A stretch of 64,000 nt of DNA from an uncultured Actinomycetes bacterium (GCA_947085635.1 CAMTXC010000005.1:16749-80748), one strand, 5' to 3'; positions 1 through 10,085 are shown, numbered from the stretch's first letter. Made by a program: numbers and translations. Notes: generated by a model not told the origin, from the sequence alone.

Positions 1-404
1 ATGTCCTCGCCCTGAACTGCAATCTTCAGTGTGGGAAGAGGGCGTGGCGGCGGGCCTCCGAGCACTTGGCCGGTGGGCGAGAAGATGCCTGCGTGGCACG
101 GGCAGAAGAATCGGGTGTTGTCGGACTCCCACGTGATGATGCAGCCGAGATGCGTGCAGACCCGAGAGACGCCGGCGTACGTCCCGTCCTGGAGTTGCAG
201 CAGGGTGCAGGGAGTGTCCTGGTACTCGAAGTCGACCGCGCTGCTCAAAGGAGTCAGCTGGCGGGCTGACGCGACACGCACGCGTGCTGCGGCCTCGGTT
301 CGGGCTCTTGGGAACGCGTAGCGTATGATCGGCGCAAGGAGGCCGGCTGCGGCGAACACGCCGGTGAGGCCGAGGCCGTACACCAGAAAATGGCGACGCG
401 TCAT
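1..404 (-). CDS. Rieske [2Fe-2S] domain protein; 3' end runs off the window
   Basis: Absent from the ORF track because there is no stop in the window. Reverse-strand ATG at 404 gives MTRRHFLVYGLGLTGVFAAAGLL..., then CTHLGC and CPCH, the two Rieske cluster-binding boxes. Confidence 0.75.
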   Translation of the reverse strand, partial: MTRRHFLVYGLGLTGVFAAAGLLAPIIRYAFPRARTEAAARVRVASARQLTPLSSAVDFEYQDTPCTLLQLQDGTYAGVSRVCTHLGCIITWESDNTRFFCPCHAGIFSPTGQVLGGPPPRPLPTLKIAVQGED

Positions 405-535
405 TGGGGAGGACCCCAGTTGGCCGGGTCTCATGACATGCACCCTTCACATGGATTTCGGGAAAGAATCCCTCTTTCAGAATAGTCCAGGGGGGTATTC
501 TCGGCAACCTCGCCGACGGCCTCGAGGGCTCATCC

Positions 536-893
536 TTACGCAAGCTTCACAGTGCGAGAGCGGCCGGCGCGATATGACCTTTCCAGCCGCCTACGCACTT
601 CCGGGCCGTATTCCGTCCCGTCCAGGAGGCAGCGGTCGGCAAGGGCGCCCGATTTCAGAACGTAGCGGAGCCTGAAACCTCGCACGGGGTCCTGCAGCCC
701 GGCCGCTTCACCCACGTACAAGCGCCCGGCTGCGTCCACCGGATGCGTGCGACCGAGCACATGGCCACGTCCCGAGAACGGCCTGGCGCGCCGCGGCGAG
801 ACCCGACGGGCCGGCGCCGACTAACACACTGTCGACGCCGCGCCCGCCTCGTTCGCTCACCGCTCGCGCCGTCCCCGGCGAGCCGAAGTCCAC
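536..893 (-). pseudogene. Remnant of an FAD-dependent oxidoreductase (geranylgeranyl-reductase-like)
   Basis: Two short overlapping reverse ORFs in different frames. One carries a dinucleotide-binding motif (VLVGAGPSGLAAA). The other carries the C-terminal GEAAGLQDP...SGALA motif. Together they are far too short for an intact enzyme. Confidence 0.35.
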
Positions 894-903
894 AGCGTCC
901 CGC

Positions 904-1278
904 CTACTCGACGATCAGACGTCCGCGGAACATCCCCATCTGGCACTGGAAGCCGAACTCGCCCACCTTCTCGGGCGTGAACTCGATCGGCACCACCGTG
1001 CCTTCCGGAAGCTTCGCCGAGCGGTCGAAGTCGGGGAAGAGCACCATCTCGCTGCACGAGGCGGACTCCTGGCGATTGAAGTTCAAGCGGACCGGTCGCC
1101 CCCGCTTCACCACGATCGTATCCGGTGTGTAGCCGCCCTTCACCACCACGGTGAGTTCCTGCATCCCGTCCACGCTCGCCGCCTTCACCCCTCCTGAGGA
1201 GCTCAGCCAGAAGTACCACACCACGAGGACCCCTAAGCCCAGCCCACCGGCGATCACAACCACATCCGTGAGACTCAT
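904..1278 (-). CDS. Cupredoxin-like domain membrane-anchored protein
   Basis: N-terminal TM helix, then a small beta-rich domain ending [17 protein letters not shown], typical of cupredoxin_1-type proteins. Overlaps the copA stop by 4 nt. Confidence 0.7.
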   Translation of the reverse strand: MSLTDVVVIAGGLGLGVLVVWYFWLSSSGGVKAASVDGMQELTVVVKGGYTPDTIVVKRGRPVRLNFNRQESASCSEMVLFPDFDRSAKLPEGTVVPIEFTPEKVGEFGFQCQMGMFRGRLIVE

Positions 1279-3917
1279 ACCGCCGCCCCTTCCACCCGGA
1301 CGTCGGTCACGGCGGGCGTGGCGACCATTCGGGGTTCGAACAGCCGCAGCCGGTTCGCATTCGTGACCACCGTCACCGAGCTGAAGGCCATCGCAGCCCC
1401 GGCGATCAGCGGTGAGAGCAGCGCTCCGAAGACCGGGTAGAGGATGCCCGCCGCCACCGGTATGCCGGCCGTGTTGTAGATGAACGCTCCGAACAGGTTC
1501 TGCTTGATGTTGCGCATGGTCGCCCGGGACACTTCCACGGCGGTCACAACGCCCCGAAGGCTCCCGGTGATGAGGGTGATGTCCGACGCTTCGATGGCGA
1601 CGTCCGTGCCGGTCCCGATGGCCATGCCCACATCGGCCTGGGCAAGCGCGGGGGCGTCGTTGATGCCGTCACCCACCATCGCCACTTTCTTGCCCTCCGC
1701 CTGAAGCAGGTGGATCTGGTGCGCCTTGTCCTTGGGCAGCACTTCGGCCAGGACCCGGGAGATGCCCACCTCGCGGGCGATGGCTTCAGCCGTTCGCCGG
1801 TTATCCCCGGTGATCATGATCACCTCGAGGCCCATCTCCTGGAGCCTCTTGATGGCCACGCGGGAGTCCTCCTTCACCGTGTCGGCCACGGCGATGACGC
1901 CCGCCGCGCGACCGTCGACGACGGCGAACATCGGCGTCTTGCCCTGGTCTGCCAGTGTGCTCGCCCTCTCCTCGAGGTTCCCGAGAGCGACGCCGAGTTG
2001 CCGCATGTAGGCCAGGTTGCCCAGCTGCACCGAGCGACCCTCCACCCGGGCGGTCACTCCGTGCCCGGGCACCGCTTCGAACTCATCCGGGTCGACCAAC
2101 TCGTGGCCGCGGTCGCGCGCGCCTTCCACGATCGCCTGAGCCAGGGGGTGTTCCGAGCTCCTCTCCACCGAGGCAGCGAGTCGCACGAGATCCGCCTCGG
2201 GGAAGTCGCCCCAGGTCACCACGTCCGTGAGCGACGGTTTTCCCAGCGTGATAGTGCCGGTCTTGTCGAGAACCACCGCGTCCAGACCCTGGGCCTGCTG
2301 CAGGGCTTCTCCGTTGCGGATGAGAATGCCTTTCTCGGCCGCCTTGCCCACCCCCACCATGAGCGACATGGGGGTGGCCAGGCCCAACGCGCAGGGGCAG
2401 GCGATGATCAGCACGGTGACCGCCACGACCAGGGCATACGTGATCGAGGGGTCGGGTCCGGCGACGAACCAGACCACGAAGGCGGCTATCGCGATAAGCA
2501 TGACCGCGGGTACGAAGTAGCCCGCCACCACATCCACCAAGCGCTGGATAGGCGCCTTCGACCCCTGGGCCTCCTGTACCATGCGCACGATCTGGGCGAG
2601 CGCGGTATCCTTGCCCACCTTGGTGGCGCGAAAGCGGAAAGAGCCCGTCTTGTTGATGGTGGCCCCGATGACCTGATCGCCCTCGACCTTCTCCACTGGG
2701 ATGGGCTCCCCGGTGATCATCGATTCGTCAACAGATGAATGGCCGCCCGCGACTACGCCGTCCACGGGGATCTTCTCGCCCGGCCGTACCACGACGAGGT
2801 CGTCTACCAGCACCTCTTCCACGGGGACGTCGACTTCGGTTCCGTCGCGGATCACCCGCGCCGTCTTTGCCTGGAGGCCCATGAGCTTCTTGATGGCCTC
2901 CGACGAGCGCCCCTTTGCCCGCAGCTCGAGTACCTGGCCGAGTACCACCAAGGCCACGACCACGCCCACGACGTCGAAGAAGGGCTCCGCGGTGCCTTCG
3001 GGGAAGAGCTGAGGCACCGCGACGGCCACCACGGAGTAGATCCAGGCAGCGCCTACACCCAGTGCGATCAAGGTGTTCATGTCGGCCGACCGGTGCCGGA
3101 ACGCGAACCATGCCCCGGTGAAGAAATGGCTGCCCGAGTAGAGGAGCACCGGCAGCACGGCCACTGCAGTAAGTGCCCAGATAATCCTGATGGTCTCGTC
3201 AGAGAGCGACTTCAGGCCGGGAACGTACCCGGGGTAGCTGAGCACCGTGACCGGCACGGCGATCACGGACGCCACCAGGAACTTGGAGCGAAGACGCCGG
3301 TACTCCCGGTCGCGCTCCCGCGCCGCCGCGTCTTCGGTTTCTTCGCCCTCTACGGGCTTTGCGGTAGCCGCGTGGTGCTCGTGCGGCATAGCCGCCGCCG
3401 CCCCGGCACCGCTCTCGCGCACCCTGTATCCGGCCGACTCCACGGCGATCCTGAGCTCCCCCGGAGCGACCTGCGCCGGACGGTAGTCCACGACCACCTC
3501 TTCGTTCGCCAGGCTCACCTCCGTCGATTGGACCCCCGGCAGAGCGCGTACGGCGCCCTCGATCTTGGTGACGCAGCTGGCGCAATGTAGCCCCTCGACG
3601 CTCAGATGCACCCGCGCCAAACCCACGTCGAACCCGGCCGCCCGAATCGATTCCACCAAGGTCGCCACGGGAGCCGTCTCCGGATCGTGCGTCACGAACG
3701 CCCGTTCGGAAACCGCGTTGACGCGCGCCTTCGCCACACCTGGTAGCTCACCAAGGGCCCGTTCGATCCGGGTTGCGCACTCGTCGCAGTGGATGCCGAT
3801 GATCGGCAGTTCCAGTTCTCGGGATTCCCCCAACAGATCCTCCTCTGGACGGCGTCGACAACTGTCGCGGCCACATGGCTTGAGCGCGGCCGCGGGGTGG
3901 CCAGCGTGAGGTACCAT
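1275..3917 (-). CDS. copA: Copper-translocating P1B-type ATPase
   Basis: Two N-terminal HMA domains with CxxC ([16 protein letters not shown]). Also has the CPC transmembrane motif ([13 protein letters not shown]), DKTGT phosphorylation site, TGDN and GDGINDAP. Confidence 0.95.
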   Translation of the reverse strand: MVPHAGHPAAALKPCGRDSCRRRPEEDLLGESRELELPIIGIHCDECATRIERALGELPGVAKARVNAVSERAFVTHDPETAPVATLVESIRAAGFDVGLARVHLSVEGLHCASCVTKIEGAVRALPGVQSTEVSLANEEVVVDYRPAQVAPGELRIAVESAGYRVRESGAGAAAAMPHEHHAATAKPVEGEETEDAAARERDREYRRLRSKFLVASVIAVPVTVLSYPGYVPGLKSLSDETIRIIWALTAVAVLPVLLYSGSHFFTGAWFAFRHRSADMNTLIALGVGAAWIYSVVAVAVPQLFPEGTAEPFFDVVGVVVALVVLGQVLELRAKGRSSEAIKKLMGLQAKTARVIRDGTEVDVPVEEVLVDDLVVVRPGEKIPVDGVVAGGHSSVDESMITGEPIPVEKVEGDQVIGATINKTGSFRFRATKVGKDTALAQIVRMVQEAQGSKAPIQRLVDVVAGYFVPAVMLIAIAAFVVWFVAGPDPSITYALVVAVTVLIIACPCALGLATPMSLMVGVGKAAEKGILIRNGEALQQAQGLDAVVLDKTGTITLGKPSLTDVVTWGDFPEADLVRLAASVERSSEHPLAQAIVEGARDRGHELVDPDEFEAVPGHGVTARVEGRSVQLGNLAYMRQLGVALGNLEERASTLADQGKTPMFAVVDGRAAGVIAVADTVKEDSRVAIKRLQEMGLEVIMITGDNRRTAEAIAREVGISRVLAEVLPKDKAHQIHLLQAEGKKVAMVGDGINDAPALAQADVGMAIGTGTDVAIEASDITLITGSLRGVVTAVEVSRATMRNIKQNLFGAFIYNTAGIPVAAGILYPVFGALLSPLIAGAAMAFSSVTVVTNANRLRLFEPRMVATPAVTDVRVEGAAV

Positions 3918-3924
3918 GGTTCAC

Positions 3925-3984
3925 TATACCCCTGCCCCCTATCTGAATCAATCGGATTGGGACGCGGTAGGGGGTGGGGGTATA
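3925..3984. promoter_or_regulatory. Inverted pair of C-rich boxes in the copA / polyferredoxin divergent region (candidate metalloregulator operator)
   Basis: TATACCCCTGCCCCCTAT at 3925-3942. TAGGGGGTGGGGGTATA at 3968-3984, whose reverse complement TATACCCCCACCCCCTA matches the first box at 15 of 17 positions. The arms are 25 nt apart. The TATACCCC core resembles CsoR-type operators. Confidence 0.4.
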
Positions 3985-4062
3985 TCCGCGTTCACGTATA
4001 CTGACTGCATCCTCATGGCACAAGGGAGCAGGCGTGACGTTCCGAGACCCGGTTAGGTCGAC

Positions 4063-6162
4063 ATGACAGACGGCGGACGCCTGCGGCGCCGCGGGCTTCT
4101 CCTCGCGCTCATCGCCATTGCGGTGCTTGCTCTTCTTGGGCCTCGGGTCGGGTCGGCCGCCGCAGACGCTGACGCCGCGGGCCCGCCGCCGTCCGCGAAC
4201 ATCGCCACGTTCCCGGAACTTCCGCTGGCGCCGGAAGAGATCGGGCTCGTCGTAGACGGTGTCGCCTACCCACTCCTAGCGATCCAGGGCCACCTAGACT
4301 TCACGCGCAGGCAGGCGCTGGCGGCCGGTGACGCGAGGGGCTTCTACGAGTGGGGCGAGATCATCCATCTGTACGATACGGCGGCCGAGCGGGTCTTGGC
4401 TGCGCGGGCGGCCTGGGATGCAGGATTCCGGGTGACTCCGCAGGACCGCGCCGCCTTCGCCGCCTACACCGTGGACGGCGCTCCCGGATACCTCGAGGAG
4501 CTCTACGGCGGCTCGCGCAGCGTCTTCGACTGGGATGCCGATCTTCAGATCCTCATGAAGAAGTGGATGGTCTACGTCACCCACGGCGATCGGGACGTGA
4601 GTTGGACCCGGGCGGGCGCCTTGATGAGCGCCGACCGCGCGGAGTTCGAGGCGTGGGACGCCTGGTATCTGCCGGTGCGCCGGACCGCAGTGCTGGTCAC
4701 CTACCCCGAGCGCCTCGAGCGAGGGGGGGAGGCGGCCCCGCGCTTCGGCGTGATCCTCGTGGTGTTTGCCGGCGTCGCCATGCTGGGGGTCTGGCTGCGT
4801 TCCCTCGCCCGCGGCCCCGGCGAGGGCGATCTACTCGTGCGCTGGCCCTGGATCGACGGCCTCGTACGGCGGCGCATCTACCCTGAAGGCGTCCAGATCG
4901 GGGTGCTGGCCGTCTTCCTTCTGATGATGGGGGCGCTCGCGCTCGGTCCGTCCCTGTCGCACCGCAACCTCGGCTCGGTCTACCTTTGGATCCTGTGGTG
5001 GCCCCTCGTGCCCTTCCTGCTGTTCTTCAGCGCGCGCTCGTGGTGCGCGGTGTGCCCCATCGCGACCCTGGGCGACCTCGCGCAACGGGTACCCGGTTTC
5101 GGGAGGCGCCGGACGCCTCGCTGGTTGGCGGTCGGCGGCATCTGGGTGATCGAAGGCACGTTCCTGGCCATCACCTGGTTCGACCGTTCGGTGGGTCTGG
5201 TGGACTCGGTCCGCCTCACCTTCACCGCCCTCCTCCTCCTGACCGGGCTGGCGCTCACCGTGTCCGTCGTGTATCGCCGCCGCACGTTCTGCCGTCACCT
5301 GTGCTTCTTCGGCGCGTTGGCAGGCAACTACAGCATGGCCTCGGTCGTAGAGCTCCGTCCCGACGGTCCGACCTGTCGTGGGTGCGCGCGCGAAGCCTGC
5401 CTCCGTGACGAGGCCGCCTCCCTCCCCGACGCCTGTCCCATGTTGGAGCGACCTCGAGCCCTCGCCGAGAACAGGGAGTGCAACCTCTGTCTCAAGTGCC
5501 TGCGCACGTGCGAGCGGCGCTCACTCGCCCTCCGGGTGCGTCATCCGCTGCGGGAATTGGCCGCCGTCCGAAATCCCAAGATGGCCGTGGCCGGTCTCGC
5601 GGCGGTCTTGGTGGGGGTCGTGGCTGTGCAGAATCTCGGCATGCTGCAGGCGGCCGGCACCCTCGAGAGATGGCTGAGCGACACCACCGGTCTCGGCCGG
5701 CAGGCCCAGGCTTCAGTGATCTACCTGACGGCCCTCCTCCTCCCGCTCGCCCTGCTCCTGCTTGCTGCGCGGGGCGACATGACTCGTGCGGCCTTGTTCG
5801 GCTACGCGCTCATCCCGCTCGATCTCGGGGCCCACGCCGCTCACAACCTTCTCCACATGCTTGGTGAAGGCAAGTCGGTGTGGTGGGTGACGGCACGCCT
5901 TCTCGGGCTGAGCTCTCCCTTGGACATCCCCGGCGGGCACCCTGGAGGAAGCATGGGGGCGGCGCTGCTCGATGCCCCGACGATCAAGGTGTTGCAGATC
6001 TCTTTGCTGCTCCTGGCCGCCTGGGGGAGCTTCGCTGTGGCACGACGCATGCGCGGCCGCCTGGGCGATCTCGGCTCGACGCTGCCGCTCTACGGTCTCC
6101 TGCTGGTGCTGCTGGGCCTGAATCTGTGGCTGTTCTCCGTGCCGATGGCCTTGCGCCACTAG
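4063..6162 (+). CDS. Polytopic membrane protein with NapH/MauN/YccM-type 4Fe-4S binding motifs and a large N-terminal extracytoplasmic domain
   Basis: Signal/TM segment, about 200 aa soluble domain, then multiple TM helices. Cys clusters: CAVCPIATLGD, FCRHLCFFGA, CRGC...C...C and CNLCLKCLRTC. Confidence 0.6.
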   Translation: MTDGGRLRRRGLLLALIAIAVLALLGPRVGSAAADADAAGPPPSANIATFPELPLAPEEIGLVVDGVAYPLLAIQGHLDFTRRQALAAGDARGFYEWGEIIHLYDTAAERVLAARAAWDAGFRVTPQDRAAFAAYTVDGAPGYLEELYGGSRSVFDWDADLQILMKKWMVYVTHGDRDVSWTRAGALMSADRAEFEAWDAWYLPVRRTAVLVTYPERLERGGEAAPRFGVILVVFAGVAMLGVWLRSLARGPGEGDLLVRWPWIDGLVRRRIYPEGVQIGVLAVFLLMMGALALGPSLSHRNLGSVYLWILWWPLVPFLLFFSARSWCAVCPIATLGDLAQRVPGFGRRRTPRWLAVGGIWVIEGTFLAITWFDRSVGLVDSVRLTFTALLLLTGLALTVSVVYRRRTFCRHLCFFGALAGNYSMASVVELRPDGPTCRGCAREACLRDEAASLPDACPMLERPRALAENRECNLCLKCLRTCERRSLALRVRHPLRELAAVRNPKMAVAGLAAVLVGVVAVQNLGMLQAAGTLERWLSDTTGLGRQAQASVIYLTALLLPLALLLLAARGDMTRAALFGYALIPLDLGAHAAHNLLHMLGEGKSVWWVTARLLGLSSPLDIPGGHPGGSMGAALLDAPTIKVLQISLLLLAAWGSFAVARRMRGRLGDLGSTLPLYGLLLVLLGLNLWLFSVPMALRH

Positions 6163-6283
6163 CTCTCGCCGGGTCGCTCGCCCCCGGCGTATTCGCGCAC
6201 TCGCGCGTGCCTCGATCAAACCCCCCGGGAGGGCGATCGAGCGTTAAGGCTCTGTAAAGCCGGCCGTTCCGTGCTTCCAGAAT

Positions 6284-6300
6284 TACTACGTCGTGTAGTA
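6284..6300. promoter_or_regulatory. AT-rich inverted repeat TACTAC-N5-GTAGTA upstream of the YHS gene
   Basis: Perfect 6-bp arms in an otherwise GC-rich spacer. Overlaps a possible -10 (TAGTAT, 6299-6304). Confidence 0.3.
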
Positions 6301-6357
6301 GTATGGGCCACGCGTGTTTCACGCTTGACCTTGGAGAATCGTTCTCAAGGAGATGGC

Positions 6358-6897
6358 ATGGTGAGAGAAGACCACAACACCCTATGCTTGGACCGCGAGT
6401 CGCCCGGCGTGATCTGTGACAGCTACTTCAGGCAGCTCGTCTTGGTTGCTTCGCACGGAGACGACTGGGCACGCAGACTCTTCGTCCGGACGAACGGCCG
6501 GGTGCTCGGCGGATACACAGGATACATGCTCCACCTGTCGGCGGAGCACCTCCGGGTCGCTTTTTCCGACGCGCTGGTCGCTCAGCGGGGTTCGTGGCCC
6601 GAAACGCTGATGGGCTACCGCCTTGCCGTTCCAGTTCGCCTACCGTATCGACGCTCCGATGCCTGGGCCTTCTGGGAAGGGCTGGTGGACTATCGGCCCA
6701 CGGGTCTCGCCGTCGACCCCGTGTGCGACATGTTCGTCGACCCGGACACCGCGCCGTACCTGATGCGCGACGGCGCTCGGACGGTGTACTTCTGCTGCCC
6801 TCGGTGCTTGGCCGGCTACGTGCCGGCCGACCCGGATGCCGCCGAGGTCCGCAGGCTCCACTTCAATCAGGGCCGGGAGTTGCCGACGAGCGCGTGA
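6358..6897 (+). CDS. YHS (TRASH-like metal-binding) domain protein
   Basis: C-terminus DPVCDMFVDPDTAPYLMRDGARTVYFCCPRC matches the YHS pattern. Start placed at ATG 6358, preceded by AAGGAGA; the track ORF begins at 6271. Confidence 0.65.
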   Translation: MVREDHNTLCLDRESPGVICDSYFRQLVLVASHGDDWARRLFVRTNGRVLGGYTGYMLHLSAEHLRVAFSDALVAQRGSWPETLMGYRLAVPVRLPYRRSDAWAFWEGLVDYRPTGLAVDPVCDMFVDPDTAPYLMRDGARTVYFCCPRCLAGYVPADPDAAEVRRLHFNQGRELPTSA

Positions 6898-7729
6898 AGC
6901 GTTCCGGTTCCGCCAGGAACTCGTCGCGGCAGCCGCGCGCGCAGAAGTAGTTGGTGGCACCCTCGTACTCGGCCGAGACCGCGTCGGCCTGGTTCACCGA
7001 CATCCCGCAGACCGGGTCGAAAGCCCGTTCCGACATGCTCTTGAACATGCCGTCCTCGAGCCAGAGCACTCGGTCTGCTATGTCCTTGATCCGTTCGTCG
7101 TGGCTCACGATGATCACGCTGCGACCCTGCTCGCGGGCGATCTTTCGGAGGAGCCGCATGACTTCTTGGCCGATGTGGCTGTCGAGGTTGGCGGTGGGCT
7201 CGTCGGCCAAGACCACTGCCGGGTCGTTGGCCAGAGCGCGGGCGATGGCCACCCTCTGCTTCTCTCCGCCCGAAAGTTGCGAGGGCTGGAAATCGAGGCG
7301 TCCGCCCAGATCCAAGTCGGTCAGCAAGGCCTCGGCACGATCGCGGGCAGACCGTCCTTTCACTCCCGCCAGATTGAGCACCACCTCCACGTTCTCCCGC
7401 ACCGACAGCGCGGAGAGGAGGTTGAAGTCCTGGAAGATGAAGCCGAAGTGCTTGAGCCGGATCTCCGGGAGATCCTGTTCTTTGAGCGATGACGTCTCCG
7501 CGCCGTCCACCCAGATGCTGCCGCTCGACGGTCGAAGCAGGGCTCCCAGCATCAACAGGAGCGTCGTCTTGCCGCTCCCCGAGGGCCCCATGATCAGTAC
7601 GATCTCGCCCTTGTCTACCTTCAGCGAGACGTCCCGCACGGCCGTCACCTCGGTCCGCCCGACTCCGAACCTGCGACTCACGTTCTCGGCCACCAGGGCA
7701 TGTGCACTCATTTGACGCGCTCCGATCAT
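6863..7729 (-). CDS. ABC transporter ATP-binding protein (MacB/LolD type) fused to a C-terminal YHS domain
   Basis: Walker A GPSGSGKTT, signature LSGGEKQR and Walker B VVLADEPT, followed by FDPVCGMSVNQADAVSAEYEGATNYFCARGCRDEF. Alternative start at ATG 7711. Confidence 0.9.
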   Translation of the reverse strand: MIGARQMSAHALVAENVSRRFGVGRTEVTAVRDVSLKVDKGEIVLIMGPSGSGKTTLLLMLGALLRPSSGSIWVDGAETSSLKEQDLPEIRLKHFGFIFQDFNLLSALSVRENVEVVLNLAGVKGRSARDRAEALLTDLDLGGRLDFQPSQLSGGEKQRVAIARALANDPAVVLADEPTANLDSHIGQEVMRLLRKIAREQGRSVIIVSHDERIKDIADRVLWLEDGMFKSMSERAFDPVCGMSVNQADAVSAEYEGATNYFCARGCRDEFLAEPERFTRSSATPGPD

Positions 7730-7776
7730 TGTCTGAACGCTCCGATCATCGCGAACGCTCGGATCATCGTCTGAAC
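7717..7776. repeat. Short degenerate tandem repeat at the permease/ATPase gene junction
   Basis: GCGCTCCGATCAT, ACGCTCCGATCAT and ACGCTCGGATCAT interleaved with two GTCTGAAC copies. On the coding strand each copy reads ATGATCGGAGCG, i.e. ATG plus an SD-like GGAG. Confidence 0.6.
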
Positions 7777-8873
7777 ACCGTGGCCGGGTCCAATCGGCCC
7801 ACTTTCCGTACCGGCAGAGCCGCCGAGAGCACGGCGATCACTCCGCCGCCGATGGCCACCTTGGCGATCGAGGTCGGCGTGATGCGCAGGGGCACTTCGG
7901 GCAAGACCAGGCCGAAGATCGCCGAAAGAGCGTATGCCAGTGCGACCGCCGTCCCTGCCCCCAGCGTCACGGACACAAGTGCCTGCTCGAACACCAGGCG
8001 ATAGAGCCAGTCCGACCGTGCCCCAAGGGCCTTCAGGACCCCGTACTCCCCGATCTTCGCCAGCGTGGCCGTGTAGATGGTCAGCGCGACCGCGATCAGT
8101 CCGATGACGAACCCGGCGCCGTTCATGACCACCATGATCTGTGCCGTCATGTCGCGGACCACGCGGCCCTCCTCCGCCTCGAACTCCCCCCGGGTCATGG
8201 CTTCGATTTCCGGTACGCGCGCCTGGATGGCCCGTGCACCGACGGCCGGATCGATCCCGGGTTCGAGTGACACCAGCAGGTAGCTTGCGGTGCGGGGCAG
8301 ATCGCGGAGGCGCGCGAAGTCGTCGAACCGGATGAAGGCCACCGAGTTCGTGATGGTGAAGGTGCCGGATGAGAGCCCTCGGATCACGAAGGACCTCCCG
8401 AGCAGCGACACCTGATCGCCCACGCCCACCCCGAGTCTCCGAGCTGCCGTGGCGTCGAACACCACTTCCCCCGGGCTCAGGTCGGCCGAGCCCTCCACAA
8501 CGTCCCAGGGGCCCCCGATACCCAGCTCAGAGTGGAATCCGATGATGTATGCGAGCGACCGCCCCTCTTCACTCTCCACCGGGTTGGTGGTGTACAGGAT
8601 GGGAGTCACTGACTCGACCCCATCCACGGCGGACACCTCGTCGGCCGCCGTCAAGGGGAGCGCCGAGGCCGACATGTGCATGGTGCGCACGCCCGACTGG
8701 GCCACGTACACATCGGCCCCTGTGTTGGTGATGTACGCTGTGATCTGCGTCAGCGAGCCTTCCACCACGCCATCGAGGGCCAGGATCAGGAGGAGCGCGA
8801 ACGCCACCCCTCCGGTGCTGACAAGAAGGCGCACCTTGTCTTGGAACAGATTGCGTCGCGCGACTGAGACCAC
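7764..8873 (-). CDS. ABC transporter permease, FtsX/MacB family
   Basis: N-terminal ARRNLFQDKVRLL motif, large extracytoplasmic loop and a C-terminal FtsX-type 3-TM bundle ending DPATVFRR. Confidence 0.85.
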   Translation of the reverse strand: MVSVARRNLFQDKVRLLVSTGGVAFALLLILALDGVVEGSLTQITAYITNTGADVYVAQSGVRTMHMSASALPLTAADEVSAVDGVESVTPILYTTNPVESEEGRSLAYIIGFHSELGIGGPWDVVEGSADLSPGEVVFDATAARRLGVGVGDQVSLLGRSFVIRGLSSGTFTITNSVAFIRFDDFARLRDLPRTASYLLVSLEPGIDPAVGARAIQARVPEIEAMTRGEFEAEEGRVVRDMTAQIMVVMNGAGFVIGLIAVALTIYTATLAKIGEYGVLKALGARSDWLYRLVFEQALVSVTLGAGTAVALAYALSAIFGLVLPEVPLRITPTSIAKVAIGGGVIAVLSAALPVRKVGRLDPATVFRR

Positions 8874-8885
8874 CGACGCTCCTTC

Positions 8886-10070
8886 CTAACGACGAAACAC
8901 TTGAGCCGGATCGAGGGATCCGACGTATCGGGCGGGGAGCACTGCGGCGATGAGCGCCATCGCCAGCGCGCCGCCCGCCGCGGACAGGATCGAGCTCCAT
9001 CCGACCACGACCAGGAACTGGGGCCACTGTGTCTCGATGACCCGACCGGCCGTGACCACGAGGACGATACCTCCCAAGAAGCCGAGCGTCGTCGCTCCCA
9101 AGGCCTGCCGTATCACGATCGCGTAGAGGGCTCGGTTGCGCATCCCCATCGCCTTCAGGACGCCGTATTCGCGTACGCGCTCGACCGTGGCCGAATAGAT
9201 CGTGAGGCCCACCAGGAGGGCCCCAACCGCCAACGATATAAACACCATGACCTGCAAAGGAGCGGCGAATATTCCGCCCAGGTACGCTATGTCGTTAGCG
9301 GCCAACTCCTGTCGGGTCAGGACGTCGGCGTTGGGGAGTGCGCCGTGCAGCCTGTCGAGGACCCCTTCTGATCCTGGGTCGACGCCGATCAACACGAAAC
9401 TCGTGGCTTCAGGCGCCTGTCGAAGCGCCGCCGCTGTGTCGTGTCGCATGAAGACGAGGCTGAGCATCCAGGAGGTGGTCTCGTCGGAAAGGCCGACAAC
9501 CCGAAAGCTTCTCCCCATGATCTCGAGTTCGTCTCCGAGGTCGAGGCCGTGCCTGCGCGCGAGCACCCGGTCGAGGACCACGTCGTCCGCCGCTTCCACC
9601 CCGCGTCCGCGGCTGAGCTTCCACGGTCCTCCGCCCTCGGTCGGCTCGTAGCCGATCATGAAGGTGGGCACCTTCTCGCCGTCAAGCTCGATGACGGAGT
9701 GCTGAGCGAGAACGGGGGCTGCGGATATCACTCCCTCGACTTCGCGCGCCCGCTGCAGAGTGTCTTCGCGAGGGATGATGGAAGTGGATCCCTGAAGATT
9801 CTCGACGCCTACTTGCGCGACGTAGTAGTCGGCGGGGGTGTTGTCGAGATACGCGGTGATCTGGCGGAACATGCCCTTCTCGAAACCACCCAGCAGAAGC
9901 ACGAGGAAGACCGATAGGGCGACCCCGCTCACGCTGATGAGGAGCCTCGTGCGGTCTCGTAGTAGATTCCGGCGCGCCAGCGGGACGACGCCGGCGCCAT
10001 CTCTGCTCCCGGCCGCGTTTTTCACGAAGTCCCGTTCCTCCTTCTTGCACACCGCGAATAGGCTCCGCAT
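8886..10070 (-). CDS. ABC transporter permease, FtsX/MacB family (paralog of 7764..8873)
   Basis: LARRNLLRDRTRLL ... DPAQVFRR, same architecture as its neighbour. True start uncertain (ATG 10070 or GTG 10025). Confidence 0.85.
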   Translation of the reverse strand: MRSLFAVCKKEERDFVKNAAGSRDGAGVVPLARRNLLRDRTRLLISVSGVALSVFLVLLLGGFEKGMFRQITAYLDNTPADYYVAQVGVENLQGSTSIIPREDTLQRAREVEGVISAAPVLAQHSVIELDGEKVPTFMIGYEPTEGGGPWKLSRGRGVEAADDVVLDRVLARRHGLDLGDELEIMGRSFRVVGLSDETTSWMLSLVFMRHDTAAALRQAPEATSFVLIGVDPGSEGVLDRLHGALPNADVLTRQELAANDIAYLGGIFAAPLQVMVFISLAVGALLVGLTIYSATVERVREYGVLKAMGMRNRALYAIVIRQALGATTLGFLGGIVLVVTAGRVIETQWPQFLVVVGWSSILSAAGGALAMALIAAVLPARYVGSLDPAQVFRR

Positions 10071-10073
10071 AGG

Positions 10074-10085
10074 TATACCCCCTAC
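10074..10085. promoter_or_regulatory. Third TATACCCC box, upstream of the ABC exporter operon
   Basis: TATACCCCCTAC lies just upstream of ATG 10070. It shares the TATACCCC core with the two copA boxes. Confidence 0.3.

Noticed and set aside
31-321. Forward ORFs at the left edge (31-321, 66-269, 325-675)
   Set aside because: They overlap the reverse-strand Rieske gene, which has unmistakable CTHLGC / CPCH boxes. The forward translations show no motifs.
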